NCBI RefSeq assembly: GCF_018350175.1
Contig: NC_058368.1
Span: forward strand, 79,982,001 to 80,046,000
From: Felis catus
Taxonomy: Eukaryota
DNA length: 64,000 nucleotides
Direction of reading: 5' to 3'
Made by a program: the position numbers and the translations under genes. A model generated the notes under the pieces. That model saw only the letters and a list, made by a program, of their open reading frames with translations, was not told the origin of the DNA and made no database searches. This document shows, one piece after another, positions 12,512-26,078 of the stretch. Each line of letters begins with the position of its first letter. Within the stretch, counting starts at the first letter, position 1.

Positions 12512-13577
12512 TCTAAGGATCCCTTTTTAATCAGGTGTAATGCATGATTTTGAAATAGCTAAATAAAGTAAGAGCCTTAAGTAATGTACATCCCAACTCT
12601 CCGCTGTGAATCACTAAGTTTAAAAGGGCAAATGAACTATGTAAGTTACTCGGATCCAAAATTTCACTGGTGACCCACCTAACATGTTAAACATGGCGTC
12701 GCAAATGTCATGATTTCCTGAGGAATCACATTTTGCATCTGGGCCTTGCAGCAAAATCATGGTGTGCAGGGATCTCACCGACTCCAACAGCTCCCTACCG
12801 GCCGCACGTCGAGGGAGTGGACTTTACGAGGCCCTCTACCAGTGTCTGGAACATATCGGGCCCCATCAACTAGCTCCCATCCATCTGTTCCAGATTCTAG
12901 AACGGGAAGAATCTGTACCCTCTGTGAAGTACTCCTACTTCTTTCTTGTGCCTTTCCCCTCACTGGGGTGCAAGCATCGAGTAAGTCAGCTCCAAGTTAG
13001 GAGGAAAGCCTGTGCTTTCCTGCTGAGCAGTGCTCAAACCAAGAGGTCACGGCTGAGGAAGCTGGTCAAAGACGTTCTCCACTCGAACATGGGGAATGTG
13101 GCTGAAGACCCCAAATTCTTGGTCTTTGGGGGCTGTGGGTCTTGGTTTCTCTTGCAGAAGTGGGATCTCCATGGCCAACACTGGGCAGGGGGGCACCTAG
13201 ACACGGGGAGAATAGAATCCCAGCCAGCTCTCAGGGGGAAAACATCATATCTATACCCCTAACCCCCTAACGGTGCAGAACAACTTAATGAAAACCACAT
13301 CCCTCTTGATGATCCCCCTGGCCTCTTCCCGGCAGGACCCACAGCCAATAACCCACCATGGGATTGTAAGAAGTTACGTCCAGTGGGAGCTGAATTGAAT
13401 TAACTGCATTTTAAACAGAAAAAACACATTTGTTCTAGATGGAGTCTGGCAGACAAACGTGTCCACACACAACTTCAGTGGCCACTTTAAGGGCCAATTA
13501 ATGATAAAATTTGAAAGCGACGGTACAACAACATAGCCTTTAGAACAACGGTCTCTTCTAGTCTGTTCCAGTCTCTC

Positions 13578-13787
13578 TTTTTTTTTAATATTTTTATTTA
13601 CTTTTGAGAGAGAGACAGAGTATGAGCAGAGGAGGGGCAGAGAGGGAGGGAGACACAGAATCTGAAGCAGGTTCCAGGCTCTGAGCTGTCAGCACAGAGC
13701 CCGATGTGGGGCCCGAACCCACAAACCGCGAGATCATGACATGAGCCAAAGTCGGACGCTTAACCCACTGAGCCGCCCAGGTGCCCC
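13578..13787 (-). mobile_element. Can-SINE
   Basis: Reverse body ending CCCAGGTGCCCC. Confidence 0.95.
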
Positions 13788-15329
13788 TGTCCAGTCTGTT
13801 TATACATTTCAGGACATGACAAATTAATTAATATTATATACATTTTCTTTCATGCCCCAATTTCCAGCATGAGTGCTATGAAGTACGTTAAGTTCTAAAA
13901 ATTCCCTAAGATTTAGGATTTGCAGTCCTAGTGCCAAAGAAGGAAGGAGATCATGGAGGTCAGTGACTCTAGCTTGAAATGAAGCCTATTTCCGGCCCTT
14001 CTCTGATCTTCAGACCAACAGGGAGGTCTCCTCAACATTAAAGTGACTTCCCTGTGGGAATGCAGGGAGGGGGGAGGCTCGCGGATTCAGTTTGGAGAGC
14101 GCCTTTCTGCTTAACCGAAGGATGCCAAGTGCTCTGCGTGTGTGTGCATGCACGCGTGTGTGAGTGGGGGGTGAGGGGTGTGGGTGAGAGACAGACAGAG
14201 CGCAAGCCCATACATACACTCGGTCCCGCTGATCTGCCAGCTGTGACATAACTTTTTGCAGGAAGGCATATTCGGAATGGGTTTAACAATGAAGCCCTCC
14301 ATTTCCCCGCTTCTTTCCTGCTTCTGATGGAAGGTAGACCTTTGACATCACTGCTTTCACAAGTTTTATGTGTTTCCCATCCCACCAAATAGGGACATGT
14401 GGACATCTGCCAAGTCTAAACAGCTTATCTTTCAAATTCCTTTGTACATTCCCCATGCTGTGCAAAATGTCAGAATAGTTTTGTGGTGATATTACCATCC
14501 CGATTTTCTTCCTGGTTGTAGCACTTCTTCAGGGAAGCTTTGGAATCATTATCCAACCAAAGAAATATGTGGAGACAAAGGCATGTATTTCAGAGCTGCT
14601 AGGGCAGAAATTAAAGGTGTGCGGGAATGAACAGTGGGGCTCTCCGACCTCCCCCTCCCCCCACCACGGGACTGTCAAATGGGACAGATGCTGGACGACT
14701 GTTCGGCAGTATCTCAGGGCCTGAACATACACACGGGGGCTTTCCTAGATGATTCCACGCCTGGCATGTGCCCCACAGGTGTGTGTGTGTTCACGTGCAT
14801 CGCGGGGACATCATCGAGAGACACGCTCACGCGCAGCTAACCACATTTGCCCTTATCACGTGCTACCAGACTTTGATCTTTGCCGTTCCGTTATTTTTCG
14901 TTCTATTTCATTACCAGGAAAGTGCTGATGTGGTCAATCAGAGAGGACCACCAAAAGAAACGCCTCAAGAGTCCACCTTCTTTTTGGACATTAAAACATC
15001 GTAAATGCTGCTTACTGCCACGAGGTTCTGCAAAATGGCCCTCCACACCTCCACGCACCCACTGCCCAGACAGGACAGCCCTGAAAGAGAACCTTAACTC
15101 TCAGAAGAACACACACTGGTCCCGCTGCACTGACTTCAAGGACAGGTGAAACTATCCAGGGTGAAAAAGTCCGAAAGGTGGGGGGTCACCTAACCCAGGG
15201 CAGTTCCTGGGTGCCGGACATGGTCTCTGCTTGATGAGTCGGGTGTCTACACGGGGCAGGGGTTCCCATTTGCAAAAGGTCCCTGAGCTGGGAACTCACA
15301 GTTTTTGTACTTTGTTGTATTTCAATCAA

Positions 15330-15652
15330 ATCGGATAAAGCATATTCAAGAATGGTCATATTCAGAGGGAGCCCTCTACACATGGGCTTGAGCGACCACA
15401 ACACGGGGGACCCTCACACACACGACACTAAGTGAAGGGAAGCCCGGCGCAGCAGAGCGAGCCCGGTGAGTCCGTTGATACAAAGCTGAAAACTAAACAG
15501 AATTAAGTTGAATGCCAGCTACCCCCAGGGACTGTCGGTGAGGGGAAGGGGGACCAAGGGGTTTCCAGGCTTCTGTTTGGTGGGTGTGTTCTGTTTGTGC
15601 AAGATGCACTCAACTGTGTCCGTATCATTTCACACGTTTCTTCAATAAAATT
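15330..15652 (+). mobile_element. Old L1M(E)-type 3' UTR fragment
   Basis: CTAAGTGAAGGGAAGCC...TACAAAG...GGGTGTGTTCTGTTTGTG...TTCAATAAAA pattern. Confidence 0.6.
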
Positions 15653-18375
15653 TTACCCCCCCCCCAGAAAGTTTAAAACTTATTAGCAAACTGGAGAGTG
15701 AAATAGAGGCCAGATGTTACAGTGCAAATAGCAATTTCTCAAAAGCTTACATTTGTGCAGCATTTTTGAACTTCCAGAACTATGTTTGGCATTATGGATG
15801 TAAGGATGATTAATCTCCAAGGGGCTCTCCATCCTTGTTCTCTTATCTGCGTGTGTTTTATTATATCGGCCTCGTTTTGTTTTGATAAATGTTAGATGCG
15901 ATTCAAAGGATGTGAAAATTATCCTGCGTCGTTAGTTCAATGGAAGGGAGAATTTCGTTTAACTAAAATAACATTTCTGTTTCATTCAATCATGGAAAAC
16001 ATGGAAACCAAATACCCTTACTACTCTCTGGACTTACAAAATTTTTCTGTTCCCATTTGAAAACAACTGCAAGTGTTGATGCATTCTTGGCAAAAAAACA
16101 AATTAGCATGAAACCTTTGAGAAACAAACTGAACTTGTGACATGAGCACGTCTGAGTAAGCGCAGTGCGTGGGAGGCTGGGGCCCGTGGGGTCTGCGGGG
16201 GCTCCCAGCAAAACCGCACGAGGAGGCAGCCGGGGGGGGGGGTGGTGTCTGCCTGGCTCGCCTGACCGTCAGCCTGGGATCGTGGGTATGTGCAGATGTC
16301 ACCCACCCTACGATCTATGTGGTCTCATTTTCATGTCTTTTCCGCCCCTTCTCCCATTCGGTGGGGGTGGACGTTCAAGGTCCCCGCCTGGGGAATGGAA
16401 TGGGCCAGAGGGAACGGCTGGGGCCTCGCTTCACCTCCAGGTCATGTCTTGTCCAGCTGCAAGCAGATGTGACTATAATTAGCGGCCCCGTGACAGTGGC
16501 TCAGAGGTCTCTGTGTGAAATGAGTTGGTGGGCCGGCGTGTCCCCTGGGACACATGGGTGGGGCGAGGCTGAGGCCAGAACCGGGAGGCCAGGGGCTCCC
16601 CCTGGTGCTGCTGACTCACCAGTTCCGGGGAGGTGATGTGAGTCTCCAGCCCAGGGGTACTCCCACTGAGTCGCTCCCCGAATGTTCCTCCAGAGCAAGA
16701 GGCCGTCCTGGGCGAAGGTGTGGACTCAGGGGCTCCTTGGCTTCAGAGGGAACACATTTCCTACTTGCGGGGGGAGGGAAGGAGCCCTCCCCCAATAAAA
16801 CTCTTGCTCTTGGCTACTGTCCCCCCAGCTCCCGAACCCCTCCGGCCGGCCCCGCCCCACTGCCTCGACTTCCCCCCCCCCACACACACACCGTGTCCGC
16901 CCAGTCGCCTCCTCGGAGACCCCTTCCCGAGTGCCACACACACATTTCCCAGCCACTCTTTGAAGCCCAGAACGTTTCACTCAGCCAGGCTAGGGGAAAA
17001 AAAAAAAGTTGGACAATTTTCTCCAGCTTTGGGAAAATGCGCAAGCCTCTGTTGGGTTGAAGTCCGTGGGGCTCTTCTGGCTATTTTTGTTTTTTGTTTT
17101 TCATCCTTCCTCTCGCTGTGGCTCCAAAACACAAAGCACACTTGACTGCTTCCATGCCCTGGTCCGGCCACTGCCTGTCAGACATCCGCCTTTATTTCTG
17201 AAGCCCCAGACCAGCCCACAGGGGGCGAGTCCACAGGACACAGCCGCTCCCTCGTGGGCCTGAGCCACCCATTCACCCACACTTGGTCTCAGTCCCCAGC
17301 GTGACTCATCTTTGACCTGACGGGTGGTCGGAGTATGGTACCTGCCGCACCTGACACAGGCCAGGCGCGTGTAGCACTAAGCACGTTAGCAAGCGGGATG
17401 AGGAGGCGTGAGATGACAAGGTGTCGCCTCCTACAAGAGAGGGGAGCAGAGTCCCACAGATGCGGAGGCGGGGGCCCTGCGCCCTGTCCCAGTGCAGAGG
17501 GATCTCCAGGGCAGGTCCCAGTATAGAGATGACAGACTGGGGGGTGCTGGCCTGGAGGGGGAGGGCAGAACACGGGGAGGGGGTGTTGCTGCAAAGAAAG
17601 AGGCGAAGGGGAAACGAAGCGGAGCAAAAGGGCACTCGGCCCCGGGGTGTGGGACGCGGGTGCTGGGGCACAAGGGGGACACTGGCAGCCGCGGAGACAG
17701 AGCCCCAAACACATGCTTCAAGAGGATGTGCTGTCCTAGGCACAAAGCAGAATGAGGGAGAGCTGGCATGGGAGGCTGGTCGGGGTGGGCACTGGTGCCA
17801 GCTGGGCAGGTGATGAGTGACAACACACATTCCTGAGGCTGGTGGGGAGTCGAATTTGGAGGTCTGGGCGAAAAGGGCGTAGCTGACTCCCTGCAGAGCC
17901 CCGGCCCTTCCCAGCTTCTGTGTTTACTCTCTCGGAGGCCAGGGACTCTGACTCCAATCAATCTATAATTGCTGTCTTAAAGTGACAGCACATTGCCTGG
18001 GCGACCTCAATCCCGACAGCTGGGTGTAACAGGTGCCTTCTTCATTAATTCCTGGTCGTAAATAGAAGAGCGCTTAATACTGTTCATGGGGTCTCCAGGC
18101 TTCACATGTAATTCAGAAGCATGTTCTGAAGCAGAAGTGCTGTGTGCTTTCTGCACACCCATCGGTACGATCCGATGCCCCTGGGGTGGGAGAAGCAAGA
18201 CAGGGTTGCGCTCCAGGATGCCCTAAAGGGCTGGAGAGGAAACACAGATACAGAGGAAGGGAGGAAAGGGGACAGAGAGAGAGAGGAGGCAGGAGGGGAT
18301 GTGAAGCGGGTAGCCCCAGGCCCCGTCCTGCTTGCTCTCGGCCTGGACAGCAAGAACCCTCAAAGGGGGCTCCTT

Positions 18376-18587
18376 GGGGCGCCTGGGCGGCTCAGTCAGT
18401 TAAGCATCTGACTCTTATTTAGGCTCAGGTCATGATCTCACGGTTCGTGGGTTTGAGCCCCGCGTTGGGCTCTGCGATGACCGTGCGGAGCCTGCTTGGG
18501 ATTCTCTCTCCCTCTCTCTCTGTCCCTCCCCTGCTTGCTCTCTCTCTCTCTCTCTCAAAATAAATAACTAAACTTCAAAAAATAAAA
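18376..18587 (+). mobile_element. Can-SINE (older subtype)
   Basis: Head with CTCTT insertion, CCTGCTTGGGATTCTC, (CT)n, tail. Confidence 0.94.
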
Positions 18588-19361
18588 GTGGTCCCTTGGA
18601 CCATGTTGCTGCCGGTCTGTTGTGCTCACCCTAAACCTGAATCCCAGATTCACACTATTTCTCCCCACGCCTTGTATCACAGCGTTGGCAACATCACATG
18701 AACACATTGCCTCCACGATACTGTGGCAAGGGCGCCACGCCTCCGCAGGAAGGTGGACGGACGGCCCGGCCGAGAGAAGCCCCTGCTCAGCCCGCCCCCA
18801 CCCAGCACCGTCGCCGGCACTATACCTTCCGAAAAACTCCTAACCGCACCTAAATGTGAAATCAAAACAGCATTCAGTGAACTTCAGATGCTTCTCCTAT
18901 CATGACCCAGAAAATGCGCTGCATTTTACCACGTTAATGAAAAATTCCCAACAAGCGGACCCGCCGAAAGCCCCGCTGCATGTCTACTGGGCAGCTGTCA
19001 AGAGGGATTTATGCTGGGCAGTTTTCCCATCAACAGGGCTCTTTAAAGAGATCTCCCGGAGGCTCCACGTGTTCTAGGGAAGTGACGGATAACCGGCACT
19101 CAGGCACGGAGACCCGCATTATACTGTATATTGAAAGGTGGGGTCAGGGTTCTGTGTCTCCCATCGTGCCCCATCATGCTCCACACCCTGGTCCTCTAGG
19201 GACGCCAACAGTTCGTAACACGCTTAAAATGGAAACACAAAAGCCCAAGTGACCAGCGAAGCATCACCGTTGTGACTGACCTGCGACTTGAATCCAGAGC
19301 TTGACTAAACCAGCGGCCACAAGATTGCCACGTTTTTTTTTTTCCTGCGACAATTAAATAT

Positions 19362-19584
19362 TTTATTTATTTATTTTTTCAACGTTTATTTTTATTTTTG
19401 GGACAGAGAGAGACAGAGCATGAACGGGGGAGGGGCAGAGAGAGAGGGAGACCCAGAATCAGAAACAGGCTCCAGGCTCCGAGCCATCAGCCCAGAGCCT
19501 GACGCGGGGCTCGAACTCACGGACCGCGAGATCGTGACCTGGCTGAAGTCGGACGCTTAACCGACTGCGCCACCCAGGCGCCCC
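19362..19584 (-). mobile_element. Can-SINE (young SINEC_Fc type)
   Basis: CpG-intact reverse body; TSD GACAATTAAATAT. Confidence 0.97.
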
Positions 19585-20526
19585 GACAATTAAATATCTT
19601 AAATGCTTGTTAATTTCTCCCGAGATTAGCGACACCACCAACCTCCTCCAGTCTCTTGGAATGTGATCCAAGTTGAGTGACACTCCCTGACGCTCTGTTT
19701 CCATCCTAACAGGATACATTCTCCTTGTCAAAGCAGGCAGGAAGCTCTCCTTTTCTAGGGAATTCTGGGCACACCGTGGTCTGGTGCACTGGCCGCACAA
19801 GCCTTGCCCCCCCCTCTGTAAGGATCTGATGAGCACACTTACATGCTGGGCTCTGTCCTCCTACTTCAGAGGGTGAAAGGGGGGCTCAGATGGGACTCAC
19901 GCTCTCCAGGAGTCACACACAGAGGTGACCCAATGCTCAGGCCTGAGCCTGCTCTCAATGGAGGAAAGGTCACGTGCCAAGGCTTCAGAGGCAGCCTTAA
20001 ATAAGGTAAGGGTGTCAGAGAAAAGATGTTGGACAGGCTGGGTGAATGCCAGCTGGTGGATCCTGGATGGCCCGCAGAGGGGATTCTGTGCCATTCAACC
20101 GGCCATGGGGACGTTGAAAAGTTCTGAACCGAGGGAGAGAAATTCCCTCCTTGCTGGCAGTGAGGTTAGTGTGGGCGCAAGGGCCCTGAGGGAGGCAGGC
20201 AACAGGGGGAGGGAAGGGAAGGAGGCAGTTCTGAGAAGAGGAGGTGGGGCAGGACGAGGTAGAGGAGGGGAGGGAGGGGTCAGGGACTGAGGGTCACAGG
20301 AGCTACAGCTCCACTAGGTGTAGAGTAGGGAAAGGATATTCTCCAAAGAGCCCGATCCCAAGGAGGGGAAGGCGAGGAGAAGGGGAGCGGAGAGACAGGG
20401 AAGGGGAGGGGAAAGACAGGAAGGGAGGGGAAAGGAGGCAAGAAAGCAATGTGTCTTGTTTCATGATGGGAAATGGTCACCAATTTTCATTTTCTTGGTT
20501 GGCAGTTCTGCCCATTAGAGCAATTT

Positions 20527-20747
20527 CTTCTTTTTTTTTTAAGTTTATTTATTTTGAGAGAGAGAAACAGAGAGCACGAGTGGGGGGAGGGGCAGAGAGG
20601 GGGGGGGAGAGAGAGAGAATCCCAAGCGGGTAGCCAGCTGTCAGTGCAGAGCCCGACTCAGGGCTCAAACCCACGAATGCGAGATCATGAGATCATGAGC
20701 CAAAACCAAGGGTCAGATGCTCAACCGACTGAGTCACCAGGCGCTCC
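20527..20747 (-). mobile_element. Can-SINE
   Basis: Reverse body ending CACCAGGCGCTCC. Confidence 0.92.
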
Positions 20748-23683
20748 TCAATTAGCCTCATTTCAAGCTAAGATTTTATTCTCTGCCAAAGTGTAGATCT
20801 CATATCTTCTTATCAAAGTTTAATTCATAATCCTATTCATTGATGCAAGAAATCATGTAAATCCTTAGCAAGAAATACTATAGATCCAGCAGACCATCCC
20901 TAAAATTCATCTCGGCCAGTCGCCCATGAAATGTCCAAGAGCCACTGACATGAGCACAAGCCCAGGTGATGTTCACGCACTGTCCTCGGTGACATGAGGG
21001 ACTGTGCCCAAGGCACGGCTCCTTCCTGCAGGCGTGTTCTAGTCCAGGAGGAGAAAAACACCCCAAACTAAAGAAGTCAGGAGCATTCATGTTACTACCT
21101 CTGCGAGAACGCAAGAAGGAGAAACTTATTTTGGACTGAGCTGATACTCCCAGTGGGAGGAGGAAGGTCGCTGCTCGGCGAAGCCAGGCCCCATCAGGGT
21201 GGCTCCGGGTGGCTTCCCGGAGGTGGCGGGGAAGACGGCACAGCCTGGAGGGGCAAATGTGAACGTTCCAGGAGGAAGTAGGTGAACCATGCACAGAGGA
21301 AGGAGAGGAAGGCAGGAATCACAGAGGAATCACAGAGGACCAGACCCCAGGAGCGCACGGTGGGGAATGCGGCTCTCGGCCACACGAGTAAGAGTCTGCA
21401 CACCTCCCCAGCATGGCGAGACGCCGTGCCCCACCGTGGGAAGGCTGTACGGGGTGTTCAGTAGCAAAGACCATCCAGATAGTCCTTCTTGTGGGGTACG
21501 ACCTAACCACACAGCCCGGCAAATAAGTGCACATGACAGTGTCCACGGATTTAATGCTACTTCCATCTCACAGAGACACTAAAACATCCCGTCAGGACAG
21601 TGGCATCACAGCTGTTCACCTGTTGCGTCAGATGCGGGGCGCACTTTGGAACAACATGCACGCGAAGGCTAATCCCAGCCAGAATGACGCCGAAGGGTCA
21701 TTTTTGTAACTGCTCTCAGTCTCAGATACCAGACTCATCTGTAAAGCCACTTTTCAAAGGCAGATTTACACTCTTCATAAATGATAGATTCTCAGATGTC
21801 TCGGTCCAGTCCTCCACACCCAGACGAAGCATCCCCACCACCCCCCCCACCGCCAAGGATGTTATTACTTGATCTGTATATTTGAAACCAGAGTTGAAAA
21901 CCTAAGCAAAATGTGAACAGAAATGTCACATGGTACACCCAGTGGGTGACCGAACTCCTCACAGTAGGCGTTCTCTGCGTTTGACAGAAGCTCGGGGATC
22001 CGTGTGGGGGTTTGCTACGTGACGTATTTCTGGGTCCCACGCACATTTTAGCAAGACCTCCACTAAAACCTTCCACAAGTTCATCGGGCTTTCATGGAGC
22101 ATAATGAACGGTAAACCAAAAGTGCTACTTTGCAAACCGTAGTGGCACTTCTGAAGGACCCACCTAAACACACAAGCACAGCACTTATGGTTAAAGCAGA
22201 GAAAATGGGGCAAACCACAGGAGGAAGTGAAGCGCCTGGTGGTCAGGCAGTGGTTTCTCGGCGGCAAACTCTGGTATTTACGCTGTGGCCGAGAGAGGGT
22301 GCCCCGCGACACCTCTGAGGTTCCTGTGCGGCCCTGAGGTCAGCTGCACATGTTTGGTTTGTGCAGAGCCATCATTTCTAAACCACACCTCCCACTCTGT
22401 CCCTGAGCAGAACCCTATTCCTACACCCTCCAGTTTGCCAGCAACTCCTAAAACCACACGGGCTTATCCACATACACATGTCCGTAGCTATCAAAATGTG
22501 TGATGACTCCAGAAACCCTGACCTTTCCCAAGAGAATTAAGAAAAATATTAAGCGGACTTAAGCCATTCATAATTTATTATAAAAGTGAAATAAATAACA
22601 TATGAAAACGAGCACTCATTCTATTTCCCTGATCCTTCCATTGGAAGGATACACAAATACCCCTACTTTCTCTTTCTCATTTACGTTCATTAAATTCTTA
22701 TTTCCCCAGAGAGACACTGTGCACACAGTACAACAGAGCCCAGGGAGATTTGTGGGAACAAAAATACGGTTTTTAATGGTACAGCACCCACAGCAAGCAT
22801 GTTAACATCTAGAAAATTCGAGAAAACCTTTTGCTACCATGGATGGAGTTTAAAGAGAACCCATGTGGAGTCAGGGTGAACTGGGCTGTGAACACGATTC
22901 AGAACAAGTACTTTCTGGGGAGGTATATCGCCTCGGAAACCAAAACCACTCTTGTGCTCTTAACGACTATATTTCCACATTTTGATGGACATCTTCACGT
23001 GCTAGATGGCAGCTAATTCTCTCCTGGAAAAACTGGAGCGTCTCCGCTAGGAGCTGCCCATTGTAGAGTTCAAACGTCTACCCTAATTTCTAAGCAAAGG
23101 TTCATTTTTAGAGCAGCCCATTACTATTTCTGCATCTGGGAGAACAAGGCACTGGTCGAAGGGGACACTAAGGAATAAAGACGGGATGAGGCACCTGGCA
23201 TGGGGAGGAAGATACCATGGATGCAGTGAAGCGAGCCAGTTCTTGGGCAAAATCAAGTATGGAAAAGCCAAAGGCCAATACAAATATTCAGAGTAGGACC
23301 TGGCCAAACAATACCTAAAACCTGGAATCTTTAGGAGATTACAGTCATAATGACACAATCGGCCAAATTCATGACCAACCGGCAACGACCCGGTTTTTCT
23401 CTACAGGTGGTGTCACTGATGGTTCAGAGCATCGGCGTGGATTTTCGGGTTAAAATGGCAGAACTGGCCTCCACTCCAATTGATGTCATGTCTTGCAGGG
23501 AAAATGCGAGGTGACAACCCAATTCTTCCAGGTTCCTTGTCCTTTACTTGTTTCTGGTTGTTGGATTCCAACCCAAGTGCCTCCAACTTCCAACCCAAGT
23601 GCATCCAAAGTCACTGCTCTCTTAAATTATCAAAGAGATTTTGGCCATAAATCACTATCACATTAAGAGTCAATAGCATCCCA

Positions 23684-23874
23684 TGGGGCGCCTGGGCAGT
23701 TCAGTCAGTTAAGACAGCCGACTTTGGCTCAGGTCGTCATCTCACAGTTCAAGCCCCATGTCAGGCTCTGTGCTAACAGCTCAGAGCCTGGAACCTGCTT
23801 CAGATTCTGGCCCTCTTCCCCTACCCAGCTTGCACTCTGTCTCTCTCATAATAAATTAACATTAAAAAAAAAAA
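23684..23874 (+). mobile_element. Can-SINE with internal deletions
   Basis: TSD TCAATAGCATCC. Confidence 0.93.
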
Positions 23875-24806
23875 TCAATAGCATCCTAGTTCATATATGA
23901 ACCACAATGTCTCCAGGCTCATCACATACTTTCTAGTGTGTTATTGCTTCGATATCAACTTTGTGGTTGTTCTTGACCTCATTTGCACAGAGAAATACAG
24001 GCATCATGTGTCTCTGTGCACGTCTGTGTGCATACATGACATATTCCTTTCTGATGAGCTAATTATTGACGCCTCTCGTTTGCCTTTTTGATCAATTCAC
24101 AATGTACTTCTACAGAACCCTGAACTTGGAAATCTACTTCTGAAATCAAACAAATCCCATTGTTTTTGCCATTAAAAGAAATGGAGTTGTTTTGACTAGG
24201 CTGCTCAGAGAATAAATACAGGGGTTCTCACCCCCTGGATTGAGATCAATTGGTGGCCCGTTGTGTGCCGGGCCCGTGATGCAGCATCTGAGGCCGTGAG
24301 TGGGTCCGCACCCACAGGGAGGTCCTGCAGCCAGAGCTTGACCGGAGCACACCCCACCGCACGTGGTAACACCCATTACCACAGGTGGGTGGCTGAGACG
24401 TAGTAGATGTATTTTAGAGTTACCAGAATCCAGTCCCTAAACATCAGGACGAAGTATACTTTGAACAGATGGAGTGTTACAGATGGAAATTTCTGTTCAT
24501 AGCCTTGCACAGACTGAAAACAAATTCACGGTGGTCCGTGCTGTGTTTCCCCGAAGGGTACGCTCATTCAGTCTGCACATTTATTCAGCCATAACATGCA
24601 TCAGCCATGGAGCACGTGACATAGAAGACTGGTGTGGGTCAATTACAGCTTCACACCTTGCTTTTAGTGTCTGACAAATAAAAGTATCCCAAATCCAATG
24701 GATTAATTTAGATGGTGATATACACTTCGAATTTTTTATTTCAGTCTATTTACTACAACCATGTGCCTTCTCTCCATTAAAAATACAGCCTGGGATTACC
24801 GGCTGG

Positions 24807-24873
24807 TGAATTAATGAATTCATGAGCTAATACAGAATGAATTAATGAATTAATGAATTACCAATGAATTACT
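24807..24873. repeat. Degenerate (GAATTAAT)n repeat
   Basis: Several GAATTAAT/GAATTA copies. Confidence 0.7.
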
Positions 24874-25613
24874 ACAGAAGCTAATAGATGATACTAGCTG
24901 ATTTCAATTTTTAGTTGCACTAGGGCTTTTGCTAATCTGACCATACGAAGGAACCTGACACGCAGTGGTTTCCAAAATACATATTTTTTAAACCTTTAAA
25001 TTATTAAGTATCTTCAAAAAATAAAGACCAAGTGGTGCCCAGTACAGTTTCAGGGTACACACATTTCATTGCATTTCATTGCATCACAAGTGGAAAAGAC
25101 ACGTAGGATATACGCAGCCTTGATCTATCAGCCACGATAAAATAGACCGTGATCTATCGGTCACGCTCATTGGCAGCACTGATCAACCCAGAGGGCCTGC
25201 TCTGCGGCTCACCCAGCTCCAGGTGGCATCTGGCCTGAATGTCCCCGCCACCCCATCCAGCCCCGCAGGGAGCCCTTGCTCCATACCTTAGTCTGGGCCT
25301 CACCCAGCTTCCAGAACCACACACAATTGGGCTTTACCCTCCTGTCCATTTGTATGTTTTACCTTTTTAAGGCAATACTCTCCAGACCTTGTTTTGCTTC
25401 CAACAAACCACCATTTCCTACTCCCCCACCAGCCCAGCTCTAATTATTTTGTATTGTTTTTAGCTCACGGACCCTAATGAGGTGGTTCCATCAGCAGCCG
25501 GCTGCGTGATTCACTCTCTAGTCTGACATGACATGTTTACTTCGTGCAAATCTAAAGCAAACGTTGAAAGTATTTCATCAACAATAGTGCTTTAAAAAAA
25601 AACGGGGGGGGGG

Positions 25614-25838
25614 CGGCGCATGGGTGGCTCAGTTGGTTGAGCGTCTGGCTTCGGCTCAGGTCACAATCTCACGGTTTGTAGGTTTGAGCCCCACGTCGGG
25701 CTCTGTGCTGACAGCTCAGAGCCTGGAGCCTGCTTCTGATTCTGTGTCTCCCTCTCTCTCTGCTCCTCCCCTGCTCATGCTCTGTGTCTCTCTCTCTCCT
25801 TCAAAAATAAATAAAAACATTAAAAAAATTTTTTTTTA
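25614..25838 (+). mobile_element. Can-SINE
   Basis: Full body preceded by a poly-G run. Confidence 0.95.
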
Positions 25839-25852
25839 AAAAAAGGCTTGTC

Positions 25853-26078
25853 GGGGAGCCTGGGTGGCTCAGTCGGTTAAGGGTCCGACTTCAGCTCAGG
25901 TCACGATCTCATGGTCTGTGGGTTCGAGCCCCACGTCGAGCTCTGGGCTAATGGCTCAGAGCCTGGAGCCTGTTTCCGATTCTGTGTCTCCCTCTCCCCC
26001 TGCCCCTCCCCTGTTCATGCTCTGTCTCTGTCTCAAAAATACATAAACGTTAAAAAAAATTTTTTTTTTAAATAAAAA
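25853..26078 (+). mobile_element. Can-SINE, tandem with the previous one
   Basis: TSD AAAAAGGCTTGTC. Confidence 0.95.

Noticed and set aside
12759..13262. 167-aa ORF as a coding exon
   Set aside because: No recognisable homology or convincing acceptor.
23566..23608. Short tandem duplications (also 3141-3180 and 21314-21339)
   Set aside because: Ordinary slippage duplications with no further structure.
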